Part shown: one piece after another, positions 27,492 through 37,691 of the stretch | Position numbering within the stretch: position 1 is the stretch's first letter | Layout of the letters: the number at the start of each line of letters is the position of its first letter | IMG/VR virus record: IMGVR_UViG_3300028840_006907 | Span: 1 to 64,000 of that record | Reading direction: 5' to 3' (one strand) | Origin: a virus | Length of the DNA stretch: 64,000 nucleotides | Made by a program: the position numbers and the translations under genes | The notes under the pieces: generated by a model | Database searches by the model: none | What the model was told of the DNA's origin: nothing | The model's input: the letters and a program-made list of their open reading frames with translations, nothing else

Positions 27492-27752
27492 TTAAGAACT
27501 AAAAATTACTTCACCAATCTGTTCACCATTTTCTTTAACTTCTTTATCAAGTTCTTTTTCAATCCCAACAAGAAATTTATATAAACTTATATCATCTTTA
27601 TTTTCTTCTTCATTGAGCCATTCGGTAAGGGTATCGATATTAACAACAGCTTGACCATCACCCTCAGCAATACAATTAAGGGATGAAGTTATTTCATCCA
27701 GTATTCCGGAAGGACATGTAACATAAGCGATTTTCGAATAAGTAATTTTCAT
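27492..27752 (-). CDS. hypothetical protein
   Basis: 86-aa ORF. Confidence 0.45.
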   Translation of the reverse strand: MKITYSKIAYVTCPSGILDEITSSLNCIAEGDGQAVVNIDTLTEWLNEEENKDDISLYKFLVGIEKELDKEVKENGEQIGEVIFSS

Positions 27753-27763
27753 AATTGTTCTCC

Positions 27764-28150
27764 TTATTCCAGTTCAAAATTATTATTTAAATATTCAGTG
27801 ATTTTCCAAGATTCACTTTTCTTTTTCCAATCAACCATTTCATTATCAGTAAGTACATTTCCATTATCCAATTGGAATTTAAGATTTAAAATGTCATCAG
27901 CAACAGACTTTCTTCTATCTAACCAGATAGTTTGACATTCTTCACACCAAATAAGAATAGGTTCGGTTATCCAGGTATCATCACCTGATAAATCGAATTC
28001 AATATACTCACCTCTAATTTCAAGGCTATTACTATCACATATCTGTATACCTCTAGCCATAAGATTATCATGATTCTTACAAGTTATACATCCATATTTA
28101 ACGATATGATTTATAATTTTCCATTCATTTCCTGTAATTTCCATAATCAT
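27764..28150 (-). CDS. Cys-rich zinc-binding-like protein
   Basis: CITCKNH...CEECQ motifs. Confidence 0.5.
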   Translation of the reverse strand: MIMEITGNEWKIINHIVKYGCITCKNHDNLMARGIQICDSNSLEIRGEYIEFDLSGDDTWITEPILIWCEECQTIWLDRRKSVADDILNLKFQLDNGNVLTDNEMVDWKKKSESWKITEYLNNNFELE

Positions 28151-28248
28151 ATTCTCCTTATACGTTACAGCATATATTTGATTTGTATACCCTTCAGGGT
28201 ATAAATAAACCGATAATGGATATGTTTATACCTGATCGGGACTAATTT

Positions 28249-28854
28249 TTATATCTCTCTGATTTTAGATGTATCAAATTCACCTTTGATAAAATATTCA
28301 GGCGGTAAAATGTATGCAGTCAAATTTCCATCACTATCCAGATCAGCTTGCCCAGGATAGCATGGTGAACAAAAACCAACATTATCTATTATGTATTTTG
28401 ATTGCAATATCTGAAGAGTACAACCGTTCCCCATATTAACGATAACCGATAAGTCCTGATCAGGATCAGGAATATATTTATCATCAGCATCCTTAATGAA
28501 TCCATAAAGGTAAGTAGTATCAGAACATTCCCAACAATCACCTAGTTCTTCAATCTCATCTTGAGTCTTACCTTCAATAGCTTCTTCCCATGCTATATCA
28601 ATAGCATTATTGATCAATTGCTCATCCAACATATCCGGTTTAATACTTGCTGTATCTAAAACACCAGTTCTAATATTCAAAATTTCAATAAACTCTCTAT
28701 CATCAGATTGTACTTTTATTACAGCATATTCATTGAGAGAATCTTTACCAATTTTCATAGCATCTTTTCTTCTAGTTAATCCTTCATCAACAACCACATA
28801 ATCACGATTATCAAAATCCTCTTGTGTCTTATATCCATATACATCATAAGTCAT
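28249..28854 (-). CDS. hypothetical protein
   Basis: 201-aa ORF. Confidence 0.5.
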   Translation of the reverse strand: MTYDVYGYKTQEDFDNRDYVVVDEGLTRRKDAMKIGKDSLNEYAVIKVQSDDREFIEILNIRTGVLDTASIKPDMLDEQLINNAIDIAWEEAIEGKTQDEIEELGDCWECSDTTYLYGFIKDADDKYIPDPDQDLSVIVNMGNGCTLQILQSKYIIDNVGFCSPCYPGQADLDSDGNLTAYILPPEYFIKGEFDTSKIREI

Positions 28855-28857
28855 ATA

Positions 28858-29013
28858 TTACTCCTCTACTTTAAGCATTTTCCCATTACACATGGGACAT
28901 GGATCATCAGCATAGGTTTTATCACCCTCTACAACAATACCATTGATACCATTTTCACCTTCATTATCTTCAATGAAGTACCCACACTCAGTACATTTCC
29001 ATGATTCATTCAT
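28858..29013 (-). CDS. small zinc-ribbon protein (below ORF-track cutoff)
   Basis: 51 aa, CTECG...CPMCNG; ATG overlaps TAA of upstream gene. Confidence 0.45.
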   Translation of the reverse strand: MNESWKCTECGYFIEDNEGENGINGIVVEGDKTYADDPCPMCNGKMLKVEE

Positions 29014-29396
29014 TAGTTACTAAGCTCCTCAGCAATAGCAGAACTAATAACTTCCCAATTGATCCCAATGGTAGCATCAAAATGTTGCTTCAGGTATCTG
29101 AGAATATTGATTGCTTGCTCATCAGTAATTTCATGACCATCATCTTCCGCTTGACTTTTAATGTCAGCAATAGACCAACCTTCCAGGATGACTTCTTCAG
29201 CACCACCCAAATCAACCTTGGTCTCTTGTGCTTCCTGAATTAAACTGTCCATAGAAGCCTTTATATTTGATTGTGCATCCTTCCAATTATCAGCTTGTTC
29301 GATAGCTTCATTCACTAGGGCTTCAATGGTAGCACTCCCACGTCTTAAATCTTCGACTCTTTCTTTTAATTCTTCAGGTATATTTTCAAATTCCAT
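29013..29396 (-). CDS. hypothetical acidic protein
   Basis: 127-aa ORF. Confidence 0.5.
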   Translation of the reverse strand: MEFENIPEELKERVEDLRRGSATIEALVNEAIEQADNWKDAQSNIKASMDSLIQEAQETKVDLGGAEEVILEGWSIADIKSQAEDDGHEITDEQAINILRYLKQHFDATIGINWEVISSAIAEELSN

Positions 29397-29522
29397 ATCT
29401 TACTCCTTAATTAAATGACCGTAATAATTATTTCAATGACCTATAATGAAACTCAGAATTATTGTAGTAAATCCCACTATAAGAATTGAATGACTGTATA
29501 ATTTGTGCCATTCTTTTTCCTC

Positions 29523-30077
29523 TCAATTTTTAATATTATTAAATAGCCAATGTTTAACAGTAGCTTTGTTAGTATTTTTATATCCTTGTAGAACAATAGG
29601 ATCAATATCCCCACTCTCGGCTTCCGGGAAACTATTAGCAATCGATGCCCAAAAAACATCCTCCGCTTTTATAAGGGCATCATCCAATTTTTCCATGTAT
29701 TTAAAAACATTAGCGGTAAATTTGATATAAGTATCAATTGCTTCATCATAGGTGATCGGATAATTATCAAGAGTATAAATCAATGAATTGTTTTCCCATA
29801 TCTCTATGGAAAACCAACCCCATTTATTCATATCACCATTAGAATTAATTTCTTTTATTTTATCATCAGTTAATTCATCAATAACTTTATGAAAATTTTC
29901 GTTATTATAATTTTTCATTTTATAAGTAAATTCATATTCCCCTGCAACAGTAAGAATATAGGTAAGTCCTTTAAGTTCAATAGTAGCAAGATCACTATCA
30001 TAAAAGATGACATCGGTTTTATTATCAGCAATTTTTTCAAGATGATGTTCCATTGAACCAATAATATTAAAGTCCAT
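29523..30077 (-). CDS. hypothetical protein
   Basis: 184-aa ORF. Confidence 0.5.
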   Translation of the reverse strand: MDFNIIGSMEHHLEKIADNKTDVIFYDSDLATIELKGLTYILTVAGEYEFTYKMKNYNNENFHKVIDELTDDKIKEINSNGDMNKWGWFSIEIWENNSLIYTLDNYPITYDEAIDTYIKFTANVFKYMEKLDDALIKAEDVFWASIANSFPEAESGDIDPIVLQGYKNTNKATVKHWLFNNIKN

Positions 30078-30082
30078 AATTA

Positions 30083-30274
30083 TTACATCCCTTCTTCAAT
30101 TTCCTGAATTGATACATCACGTCCAGCCATAGCTTCCAATTTACTCCACTTACGCATGATATCATTATAGCGTTTTTTAGTTTCTGAAGAACTAATCTCA
30201 CCATCACAACTCAAGTTCTCCGGTGATAAATCAATCACTAAATCTTCGAACATTTTACGTATGCTTTTAATCAT
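30083..30274 (-). CDS. hypothetical protein
   Basis: 63-aa ORF. Confidence 0.4.
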   Translation of the reverse strand: MIKSIRKMFEDLVIDLSPENLSCDGEISSSETKKRYNDIMRKWSKLEAMAGRDVSIQEIEEGM

Positions 30275-30275
30275 G

Positions 30276-30524
30276 TTATTTTCCTTGTGTGTATTTTTTA
30301 AGTACTTTTTTTACTTCTCGTGCAGTCTCCCCACGCCATGTCTTCATATTATTCAATGCATATAATATCTGAAGTTTAAATGAATCAACAGCCATACCAT
30401 TTAAACCACCAAGTTCTATCGATTCAGAAATATTTTTTAGATATGATTGGGCATAAGGATTTTTACACTGTTCTTTAGCAATTCTTATAGCTTCATCAAC
30501 TGTCATATTTATTTTTCTATCCAT
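30276..30524 (-). CDS. hypothetical protein
   Basis: 82-aa ORF. Confidence 0.45.
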   Translation of the reverse strand: MDRKINMTVDEAIRIAKEQCKNPYAQSYLKNISESIELGGLNGMAVDSFKLQILYALNNMKTWRGETAREVKKVLKKYTQGK

Positions 30525-31458
30525 TAAATTCTACAAAAGTAGTATTGAGCATTGAATCATCCGGTAACGGGAAAGGCATAATTAAAGAAGTCGAATCATT
30601 ATTTGAAATAGTTACTGCGTGTTTCTTTGATTTGGGAAAATTTATATATCCCTGTGCAAGCTTTAAGACCTTCTTTAAATTATTAGCATCAAGCATAATA
30701 ACCTTATCAGGAAACAATTCAACACCAATATTGATTTTAAAAGAAAGCCCTGCACCACTCACAACTTTAATATCAGTACCATCAAATACCACAAACATAT
30801 TCAAGATATAGTGAGGCTTTAATAATTTAAGAGCTTTAAGAATATCCTTCTTAATCTTATCGGTGATTTCGATATGGGTATTCCCTTTAGGAACACAGTG
30901 AAACCAGGAAGGATAGACTTCTCTAGTAATAAGCTCACAGATAATTGTAACACCATCACCTTTTGCAATAGAATACTTATCATTAAAGAATATCTGAGTT
31001 AGTTTAAAATGGTGTAACAGTTTCCAGAACTCAGGTCTTATTAAAATCGATTCCGGTATATCTTTTAATTCATGAGTGTATAAGATCCGGCCATCAGTCG
31101 CAACAATACATTCATGTTCTTTATCGAAATAAATCCCTGATAAAGAATTATCTTTATCGTTACTTACGAAATTCACAATCTCGTATGGGATATCTGTGAC
31201 ATCAACCATAGGCATCTCAGCATTTAAATCAACACCGAGATTCATTTCTGGAATATCAGAGTAACCCATATTTAATAGTTCACCCTTACTGAATGTGTAA
31301 TGTCCTTCTTCCATTTCTGAATCTATGGTAACCCATATCCAACCATGTTCTTTATGATTCGTGAAATGAGCTTTCCCATTAGAGAAGAATATCCTATTGG
31401 TTTTTGATAACATTTTTATCTTTTTCAAAGTTTTGATACTCATAATTATTAACTCCAA
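30517..31458 (-). CDS. hypothetical protein
   Basis: 313-aa ORF overlapping both neighbours. Confidence 0.55.
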   Translation of the reverse strand: MELIIMSIKTLKKIKMLSKTNRIFFSNGKAHFTNHKEHGWIWVTIDSEMEEGHYTFSKGELLNMGYSDIPEMNLGVDLNAEMPMVDVTDIPYEIVNFVSNDKDNSLSGIYFDKEHECIVATDGRILYTHELKDIPESILIRPEFWKLLHHFKLTQIFFNDKYSIAKGDGVTIICELITREVYPSWFHCVPKGNTHIEITDKIKKDILKALKLLKPHYILNMFVVFDGTDIKVVSGAGLSFKINIGVELFPDKVIMLDANNLKKVLKLAQGYINFPKSKKHAVTISNNDSTSLIMPFPLPDDSMLNTTFVEFNG

Positions 31459-31838
31459 TCTTCCATGTGATGGATAATAGGTTCATCTTCACAAATTTCC
31501 CAAGCATCATTTAAATATTCTGTGACGTTCTTGGCACAGGTCTTATAATCCCAATCCAGGATTTCACCACCAAGGAATTTAGCAAAAGCAAAACGTTGAT
31601 ACTTTTGTGTCTTTGGATTCCAACGAGCAATTTCACAATAGATTCCTTCACTACCAGAGTTTTCTACCCGAGCGATACATTCATCTTTGATTTTGATTAA
31701 CTCTGATACTTTTATATGATTACACTCTTCTCCATATTGAGAAAAAGATAATTGTTCGATTAATTGTTTTGTTTCAGTATTCATACTTTTGTTGCTCCGC
31801 ATTTCTTTATTTGTATTCTCTATAAATTCTCTACTCAT
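31449..31838 (-). CDS. hypothetical protein
   Basis: Start set to second ATG, preceded by GGAGG. Confidence 0.45.
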   Translation of the reverse strand: MSREFIENTNKEMRSNKSMNTETKQLIEQLSFSQYGEECNHIKVSELIKIKDECIARVENSGSEGIYCEIARWNPKTQKYQRFAFAKFLGGEILDWDYKTCAKNVTEYLNDAWEICEDEPIIHHMEDWS

Positions 31839-31868
31839 AAAAACCTCCATTATTAATCATTATAAGAG

Positions 31869-31883
31869 ATCTCAGAAAAGGAT
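31869..31883 (-). promoter_or_regulatory. GAGATCTC palindrome fused to TATAAT box
   Basis: Minus strand reads GAGATCTCTTATAAT, then GGAGG and ATG. Confidence 0.4.
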
Positions 31884-31963
31884 TCAAGGAAATTCTTCTA
31901 AGATCTTTTAAATATAAATTATATGTATCTGGAAATATTATAGTTATAGGTAGGAAGAAATAT

Positions 31964-32206
31964 TTATTTCCATATTTCGTAGGTAATGATACTATCCTTT
32001 TCATGGAAAGAAGGACAGGAAACTAAACAAGTACCTTCATCATTTGCGTAATAGTATCCGGTAAGAGAGGTGTCTTGTTTCTTAATATTAAAACCCTTCT
32101 TTTTCGCCATAGCATCAAATTGAACTATGGGTATATTAGAAGCAATCACCTTAGCTTTATTTGTAACCAATGTATCATGATCAACTAAGACAACAGAGAT
32201 ATTCAT
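31964..32206 (-). CDS. hypothetical protein
   Basis: 80-aa ORF. Confidence 0.45.
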   Translation of the reverse strand: MNISVVLVDHDTLVTNKAKVIASNIPIVQFDAMAKKKGFNIKKQDTSLTGYYYANDEGTCLVSCPSFHEKDSIITYEIWK

Positions 32207-32240
32207 AATTAATAACCTTTCGATAAAAAACCTTTATAAT

Positions 32241-32570
32241 CTATCGAATTAAATATAAAGATAGATTTCGTTCATCTATTTGTTTAAAACCTTGAGAGAT
32301 ATACCATTTTTGAAGTTGTTCAAAGGATAAATCACTATCTAAAGGAGATGCATTTAATACTATTCCTGTATCGGGAAGGAGTGATTCAATAAATTGATTC
32401 AATAATTTTCTCCCATTTTTTTGATACTTAATAGTAACTTGTATATTTTCAATCATTATCCAGGTATGGGTTTTATTCCAGAAGGGGCTGTCTTCTTCAT
32501 CAAATTCATATCGGATGTCTTTAGTAACAAAATGATAAATTATATATCCTTCAAGTGTTTCAAATTGCAT
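32241..32570 (-). CDS. hypothetical protein, weakly GNAT-acetyltransferase-like
   Basis: QKNGRKLL and C-terminal WYISQGF loosely resemble GNAT motifs; start moved to internal ATG. Confidence 0.3.
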   Translation of the reverse strand: MQFETLEGYIIYHFVTKDIRYEFDEEDSPFWNKTHTWIMIENIQVTIKYQKNGRKLLNQFIESLLPDTGIVLNASPLDSDLSFEQLQKWYISQGFKQIDERNLSLYLIR

Positions 32571-32595
32571 AATTGATATACCCTCTCTTTTTTGA

Positions 32596-32898
32596 TCAGA
32601 CTTTTCTTCTGTCAATACAAGCTTCACATTGGCAATTCTTAGCAGCAATCTTATCCAGTTCACTACCAACAACATAAGAATCGATATTATAAATAAACCC
32701 GTGACTTCTCACAGTTCTATCTTTCTTATTCCAAAATCCCTGTGCTTTCATTCCACTTACACTACCACTTGAATCGATATTAGCATGAGCACTATGCCCT
32801 AAACCCGTAGTCCCATCTTTTATCCAGGCAATCCCGGTCTTTGGGCAACGATGTAACTCTACATAATCTCTGATATTTTTAATAAATGTATTATCCAT
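32596..32898 (-). CDS. hypothetical protein
   Basis: Start set to internal Met (MDNTFIKN). Confidence 0.4.
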   Translation of the reverse strand: MDNTFIKNIRDYVELHRCPKTGIAWIKDGTTGLGHSAHANIDSSGSVSGMKAQGFWNKKDRTVRSHGFIYNIDSYVVGSELDKIAAKNCQCEACIDRRKV

Positions 32899-33003
32899 GA
32901 TCTTAATCTCCTTTATAATTAAATACAAAGCCATAGAGAGCACATCTATGGTTCAGAGGTATCTTACTATCCCTGAACCATAGACAGGCTTAAACGGCCT
33001 TTA

Positions 33004-33318
33004 TTAACACCCCATCTGTTCCATAATACTTTTAACTTTACGCACAAACCATATAGGCAATCTTAATATTCCCCCTATACTATTGCCCTTGATATCTTCA
33101 TCTTCCTGTTTAATAGTTTTTAAATATGCTTCTGGTCGTATAAGTGTTCTACTATCCAAAGTAATTGAAGGATTGTTATTTGTATAAATAGAACTACCCG
33201 TAGTCGCTATAATAAACATGTCATCTTTAATCGGAATACCTAATTCCTCTGTAGGAATTATTGTAGTGATAATAGTCTTATCACCAACACATCGTAAGAA
33301 TACTGGATGCTGTATCAT
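33004..33318 (-). CDS. hypothetical protein
   Basis: 104-aa ORF. Confidence 0.45.
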   Translation of the reverse strand: MIQHPVFLRCVGDKTIITTIIPTEELGIPIKDDMFIIATTGSSIYTNNNPSITLDSRTLIRPEAYLKTIKQEDEDIKGNSIGGILRLPIWFVRKVKSIMEQMGC

Positions 33319-33324
33319 AATTAT

Positions 33325-33561
33325 TTACTCCCATGATAAAATTGACATACCTAAACAAGTCTCAAGCTCCTCTTGAGAACTAGGTACATGATCAGGTCGA
33401 AACTTAATCCAAGTAGAAGTTTTAACTCCCCGTACATAGGGAGGATTACATTCGATGGTCACCGCAGGAACAAAAGAAACTATGCAGTTAATCAAACCAT
33501 TACTTTCAAATTCATTGTATCGGGTAAACTTAAATGTATCCATAAATATAACTTCTTCCAT
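33325..33561 (-). CDS. hypothetical protein
   Basis: 78-aa ORF. Confidence 0.45.
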   Translation of the reverse strand: MEEVIFMDTFKFTRYNEFESNGLINCIVSFVPAVTIECNPPYVRGVKTSTWIKFRPDHVPSSQEELETCLGMSILSWE

Positions 33562-33689
33562 AAGTATTTCTGGTTTAATGGGTTACCATTGTCTACCGAC
33601 AAAATCCTCTTCATCTTCATCAGGATTGATCACATTATCCCATATGATCTTTTTAATTTTTACAAATAGCTGTATGATAAATTTCATAA

Positions 33690-33872
33690 TCAGTCCTCTG
33701 GCTGAAATGTTAAGATTAAATTCTCAATCTTTATTCCAAAGCTCCGTACCTTGTCCAATAAGGTCGGGAAATTATCCACTATAATAATTCTCGGTTTATC
33801 CTTAATAATCCCAAAAGCACTTATTGCCTTATCTGAATAATGAAGATTAATCTGTAATTCAATTTTATTCAT
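33690..33872 (-). CDS. small conserved protein, paralog of 35047-35238
   Basis: Shared DKPRIIIV(D/R)(N/D)FP...VR..GIK(I/L)E(N/D)L core. Confidence 0.55.
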   Translation of the reverse strand: MNKIELQINLHYSDKAISAFGIIKDKPRIIIVDNFPTLLDKVRSFGIKIENLILTFQPED

Positions 33873-33873
33873 A

Positions 33874-34542
33874 TCAACATGCCCTCTCTGAATAAATATT
33901 ATAATTCTCAGGTAAGTTTATCGGAACCTCCTGAAACAACTCATCAATAGCCTTCTCCGCTGTAATAGTATCATAAAAGTAGATGTCCTCTACTTCCTGC
34001 TCTAAATCCTCAGCATCCATATCACTCTCCGATAAATCCTCCCTACGAGATACCCTAACTTTAAATAACTTCACTTCATATTTCGATACCAACAAATCCG
34101 GGAAATCATCAGGGTCACCCAATACAATAACAAAAACATTCTTTAAATCATATGCCTCATAATCTATCCAGATACACTCCTGATGAAGGTATCCCCGAAA
34201 CCGAATACCTTTTACAATTGCACCACACTCTATGTAAGGTGCCATCTTAACATCACTAACCTTCTCAAGACTCTCATCCATACGGGCACAACTATTTATA
34301 ATATTACCCTTGTAACCATCATTGTATCTTAATACAACCTCCATAGTACGATCAGGACTAATATCAGCATCAAAGTCAAAATGAAAATCCACCAACAAAC
34401 TTAAACGCTCATACTCAGTTCCCGATCTAAATTTAACCAACCTAATTTTATCAATCTCGGAACCAACAGGCAATGAATTTAATAAATCCTTATCACCTAT
34501 CTTATAGCCACGACTACCATCTGCACTTATATTAACTCTCAT
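33874..34542 (-). CDS. hypothetical protein
   Basis: 222-aa ORF. Confidence 0.5.
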   Translation of the reverse strand: MRVNISADGSRGYKIGDKDLLNSLPVGSEIDKIRLVKFRSGTEYERLSLLVDFHFDFDADISPDRTMEVVLRYNDGYKGNIINSCARMDESLEKVSDVKMAPYIECGAIVKGIRFRGYLHQECIWIDYEAYDLKNVFVIVLGDPDDFPDLLVSKYEVKLFKVRVSRREDLSESDMDAEDLEQEVEDIYFYDTITAEKAIDELFQEVPINLPENYNIYSERAC

Positions 34543-34544
34543 AA

Positions 34545-34901
34545 TTACATTTCCTCCTCTATATATCTCCTTGCTTCATCTTCACTCTTAAAATAAAAAG
34601 TCGTTATATCCTTCAATTTTTTAATACGCCACTTCTTATCCTTATGATGAAATATCCTACCCTCTGAATCAACGATATAATAATAAGTCGAAGCAGCTCT
34701 ACCAAATCCATCAGGTAAATATTGATTACTAACTATCCAATAATCACCTACTCTCGGATACTTATCCAAATAGCCCAACCTCTCATAACAACTTTCACAT
34801 AATAACTCTTCAGAAGTAGCATCCTCCGGGACATCCGGGATACTAATCCCACAAACAATACATTTTATCTGATTTTCATATGCCATAATTATTTCTTCCA
34901 A
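34545..34901 (-). CDS. hypothetical Cys-containing protein
   Basis: CIVCG...CESC motifs; 118 aa. Confidence 0.5.
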   Translation of the reverse strand: MEEIIMAYENQIKCIVCGISIPDVPEDATSEELLCESCYERLGYLDKYPRVGDYWIVSNQYLPDGFGRAASTYYYIVDSEGRIFHHKDKKWRIKKLKDITTFYFKSEDEARRYIEEEM

Positions 34902-35046
34902 TCTTTTTCATAAAATTCACAGACTACATAATCAGCTTTTTTTTCTTTAAAATAAGAACAATAAATACAACCTTTTCCAACTTCAACTTCTTTGTCTTTA
35001 TAGAAAGGACATATTTTTACATTTTTATAATATATCTTCAACATGA

Positions 35047-35238
35047 TTATTTACTCCTTGTTAAATCCTCAAGCTTTATCCCCAATCCACGTACCTGTTT
35101 AAATAACTCCGGGAAATCTCTCACTATTATAATCCTCGGCTTATCCTCAATCAGCCCATAAGCACTTAGCTTATCTGAACTATATCCTAAATTAACCTGT
35201 AACGATACTTTATCCATATTCTTACCTCCATATAACAT
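35047..35238 (-). CDS. small conserved protein, paralog of 33690-33872
   Basis: About half the residues identical to 33690-33872 product. Confidence 0.55.
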   Translation of the reverse strand: MLYGGKNMDKVSLQVNLGYSSDKLSAYGLIEDKPRIIIVRDFPELFKQVRGLGIKLEDLTRSK

Positions 35239-35740
35239 TATATATACCCAATTACCTTTTTTATCCAGTAATATAACATTTTAATACTATCAAATACCAA
35301 CGTCCTATATGGTGCGTCCGTATTAATCTCTATTAAATCAGTCGTCCTATATCTTTAAACTATGGTCTATATAGTAATAAACACGATCTATAAATCAAAT
35401 AACAATTTTAAGGTAATCCTCTTACTCATCAATATCCATATCTTTATAATAAAAAACCCACACATAGCACCTATAAAAATGTGGAACCCTTTAAGGCATT
35501 TCTTAAGTAACTATGTATGGGCACTGAAAGGGATTTATACAAATCCCATTATTATCTTAATATATTAACTTACTATATGTCTATACCTATAAACATATCC
35601 CCCTATATATTACTAATTAGTAATATGAATGTAATTATCCCTATCCCCTATATCTAATAACCTATAAACTATCCATTAAGTATATCTGTATCCTATCCAT
35701 ATAATAACTCTGTAAGAGAAAATTAATATGTATCAGTATG

Positions 35741-35890
35741 CCCATTACCTTGAATAGAATAATGAGTAAGTCAGTACCAGGAACTATACCATCATGAACT
35801 ATGAACTCGGAACTATGTCAGGGAAAACTTGAGTACTTACCCATTACCTTGAATAGAATAATGGGTAAGTCAATACCAGGAACTATGTCG
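35741..35890. repeat. about 48-bp direct repeat x2 (period 99 bp), each with internal inverted repeat
   Basis: cccattaccttgaatagaataatg(a/g)gtaagtca(g/a)taccaggaactat at 35741 and 35840. Confidence 0.85.
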
Positions 35891-36057
35891 GGAATTTCCA
35901 ACGAGTATTTTGAAAAAATTTATTCTCCCTGCAAAACCCGGAACCGATTTCCTAGTTCCTACAATCATATATTAATAATCTTTTGTTATCTGTATAAGTA
36001 AATTTACACAGGGTAATTGACTGATCAAAGTAAGTTAATGTCTTCCCAAACCGAGTC

Positions 36058-36141
36058 TTTGACTTGGGGAAATTGGTTGTTGACTGTAGAGAAGAATAAT
36101 TTCACTTGCTCATTTGGGTATTTGACTTGGGGAAACTGGTT
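36058..36141. repeat. 21-bp direct repeat x2 (period 63 bp)
   Basis: tttgacttggggaaa(t/c)tggtt at 36058 and 36121. Confidence 0.85.
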
Positions 36142-36511
36142 CCCGACTATCAAAAGTGGGGTTAAAAACGAGGGGGGTTACCCCTAAATTTGATATTTCC
36201 AGACTGGGAACTCAGACAGGGGCGATTCCAGACTGTTTCTGGCCAGACTGGGGGAAAGACCTAAGACGGTCTTAGTCCACTCATCCAAGACCATTGCCAT
36301 TTATCTGATCCGTAGCTCCAGACCTGGAATGACTTGGATAGAATTTTATATGTTACTGCCAGACAGAAAATGATCTTTGAGTCTCCACGTCCCAGGATTT
36401 CCTGGACACCGTGTAATCCACGGAACTCTAGGCTATCGGCTGATTTAATTTCGTTCTGAACTTCTATGGGAAGTTCATTCATGTTTATTTGATCTATACT
36501 TGTGATATGCA

Positions 36512-36703
36512 TTAGTCTCTCAATGCCTCACAGGTAAGGGTAGCGGGAACTACTTCAAACTGAGTTCCAGGTTCAGTACCTTGTGTGAGTTCTACTGTAC
36601 GTATGCTGGCTATATTAAAGTCAGTATAGAACTCTGTGTTATCATCCCATGCGAATTTTTTATCTTTATTTATTATGATCCATCCTTGTAATTTCATAAT
36701 CAC
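36512..36703 (-). CDS. hypothetical protein
   Basis: 63-aa ORF. Confidence 0.35.
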   Translation of the reverse strand: MIMKLQGWIIINKDKKFAWDDNTEFYTDFNIASIRTVELTQGTEPGTQFEVVPATLTCEALRD

Positions 36704-36929
36704 CTCTCATTGTACGTTTAAATAGGTTTTCAGGCCATATCCAGACTGAAGAGGTATTCAGCTACCTCTCAGTTCCAGACAGGCTTAAAACAGGTTTATT
36801 CTTCTTCATCTTCGTGGTGTATGATTTCACCAGAAGTATATCCTTCTTTAATAAGTTCTGCTATGTGTTCTCTATCAAGATCGTTGAGTTCATCAACTCC
36901 AGAGAAGGTTAAATTCCACCATCCAGTCA

Positions 36930-37190
36930 TTAGTTTAACTCCTTGATACGTTTGTTAACGGTTATTACTGCTTGTTTATATGAACAGTTTGATTTATTCA
37001 TTTCCTGAGCATACCAGATAAGTCTGATAAAAGATACACAGGCGACTGCTCTGGCATGTTCACGTTCTTTCTTGGTTAATTCACCGGGATTGAAATGAAC
37101 TCCGGCAATAGTCGGGGTTGATAAGCTTCCAGGTGCACCAAATTGCTCAATCCCATACAATTGGTTATTGATTCTTTTGATTTCTGGCAT
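36930..37190 (-). CDS. hypothetical protein
   Basis: 86-aa ORF. Confidence 0.45.
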   Translation of the reverse strand: MPEIKRINNQLYGIEQFGAPGSLSTPTIAGVHFNPGELTKKEREHARAVACVSFIRLIWYAQEMNKSNCSYKQAVITVNKRIKELN

Positions 37191-37314
37191 AATTCTCTCC
37201 TTGATTGGGGGACACTGATTTAAGTTTTACCAGACAAGTCGATTCTGACTATTTTAGACTGAAATCCAGGCTGAATTTCCAGACTGATTTGGGGAACGGG
37301 ATTTCCAGACTGAA

Positions 37315-37512
37315 CTAGTCCGAATCTTCTAGGTTTGCAGATACTTCTCCATCGATTTCTTCAACATCGAAAGGATATTCAACAGAGATTTCGTCCTCAA
37401 GAGTTTCAATAGTACAGTTATCGGGTAAAGGATCTTGTACTTTAATTCTTCTATGAATAGTAATATTATAATAACGAGCCATTGCTACCTCCAGGTTTAG
37501 GTTTGTTTCCAA
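37315..37512 (-). CDS. hypothetical acidic protein
   Basis: 65-aa ORF. Confidence 0.4.
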   Translation of the reverse strand: METNLNLEVAMARYYNITIHRRIKVQDPLPDNCTIETLEDEISVEYPFDVEEIDGEVSANLEDSD

Positions 37513-37691
37513 CCAAAGTTATATTTGCTACTCCAATTTTTATAAAGCAGTTTAATATTTAAGTGAGTATTTCGTTTGATAAATGTTTTTGCCTGTTTCA
37601 ATGCAGAGTTAAATGGTCGGTCTACAAAGAAAACTTTGGTTAATTTATTCTTGGAATCAGTATACTCAATTTTGTATTTCTGTTTATTCAT
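37497..37691 (-). CDS. hypothetical basic protein
   Basis: 64-aa ORF. Confidence 0.4.
   Translation of the reverse strand: MNKQKYKIEYTDSKNKLTKVFFVDRPFNSALKQAKTFIKRNTHLNIKLLYKNWSSKYNFGWKQT

Noticed and set aside
30517-31458. Sliding-clamp-like assignment for the 313-aa protein
   Set aside because: Based only on size and position; no supporting motifs.
35362-36001. Plus-strand ORFs 35362-35568 and 35801-36001 in the gene-free region
   Set aside because: Low-complexity translations spanning the direct repeats, no ribosome-binding site; region is more plausibly non-coding.
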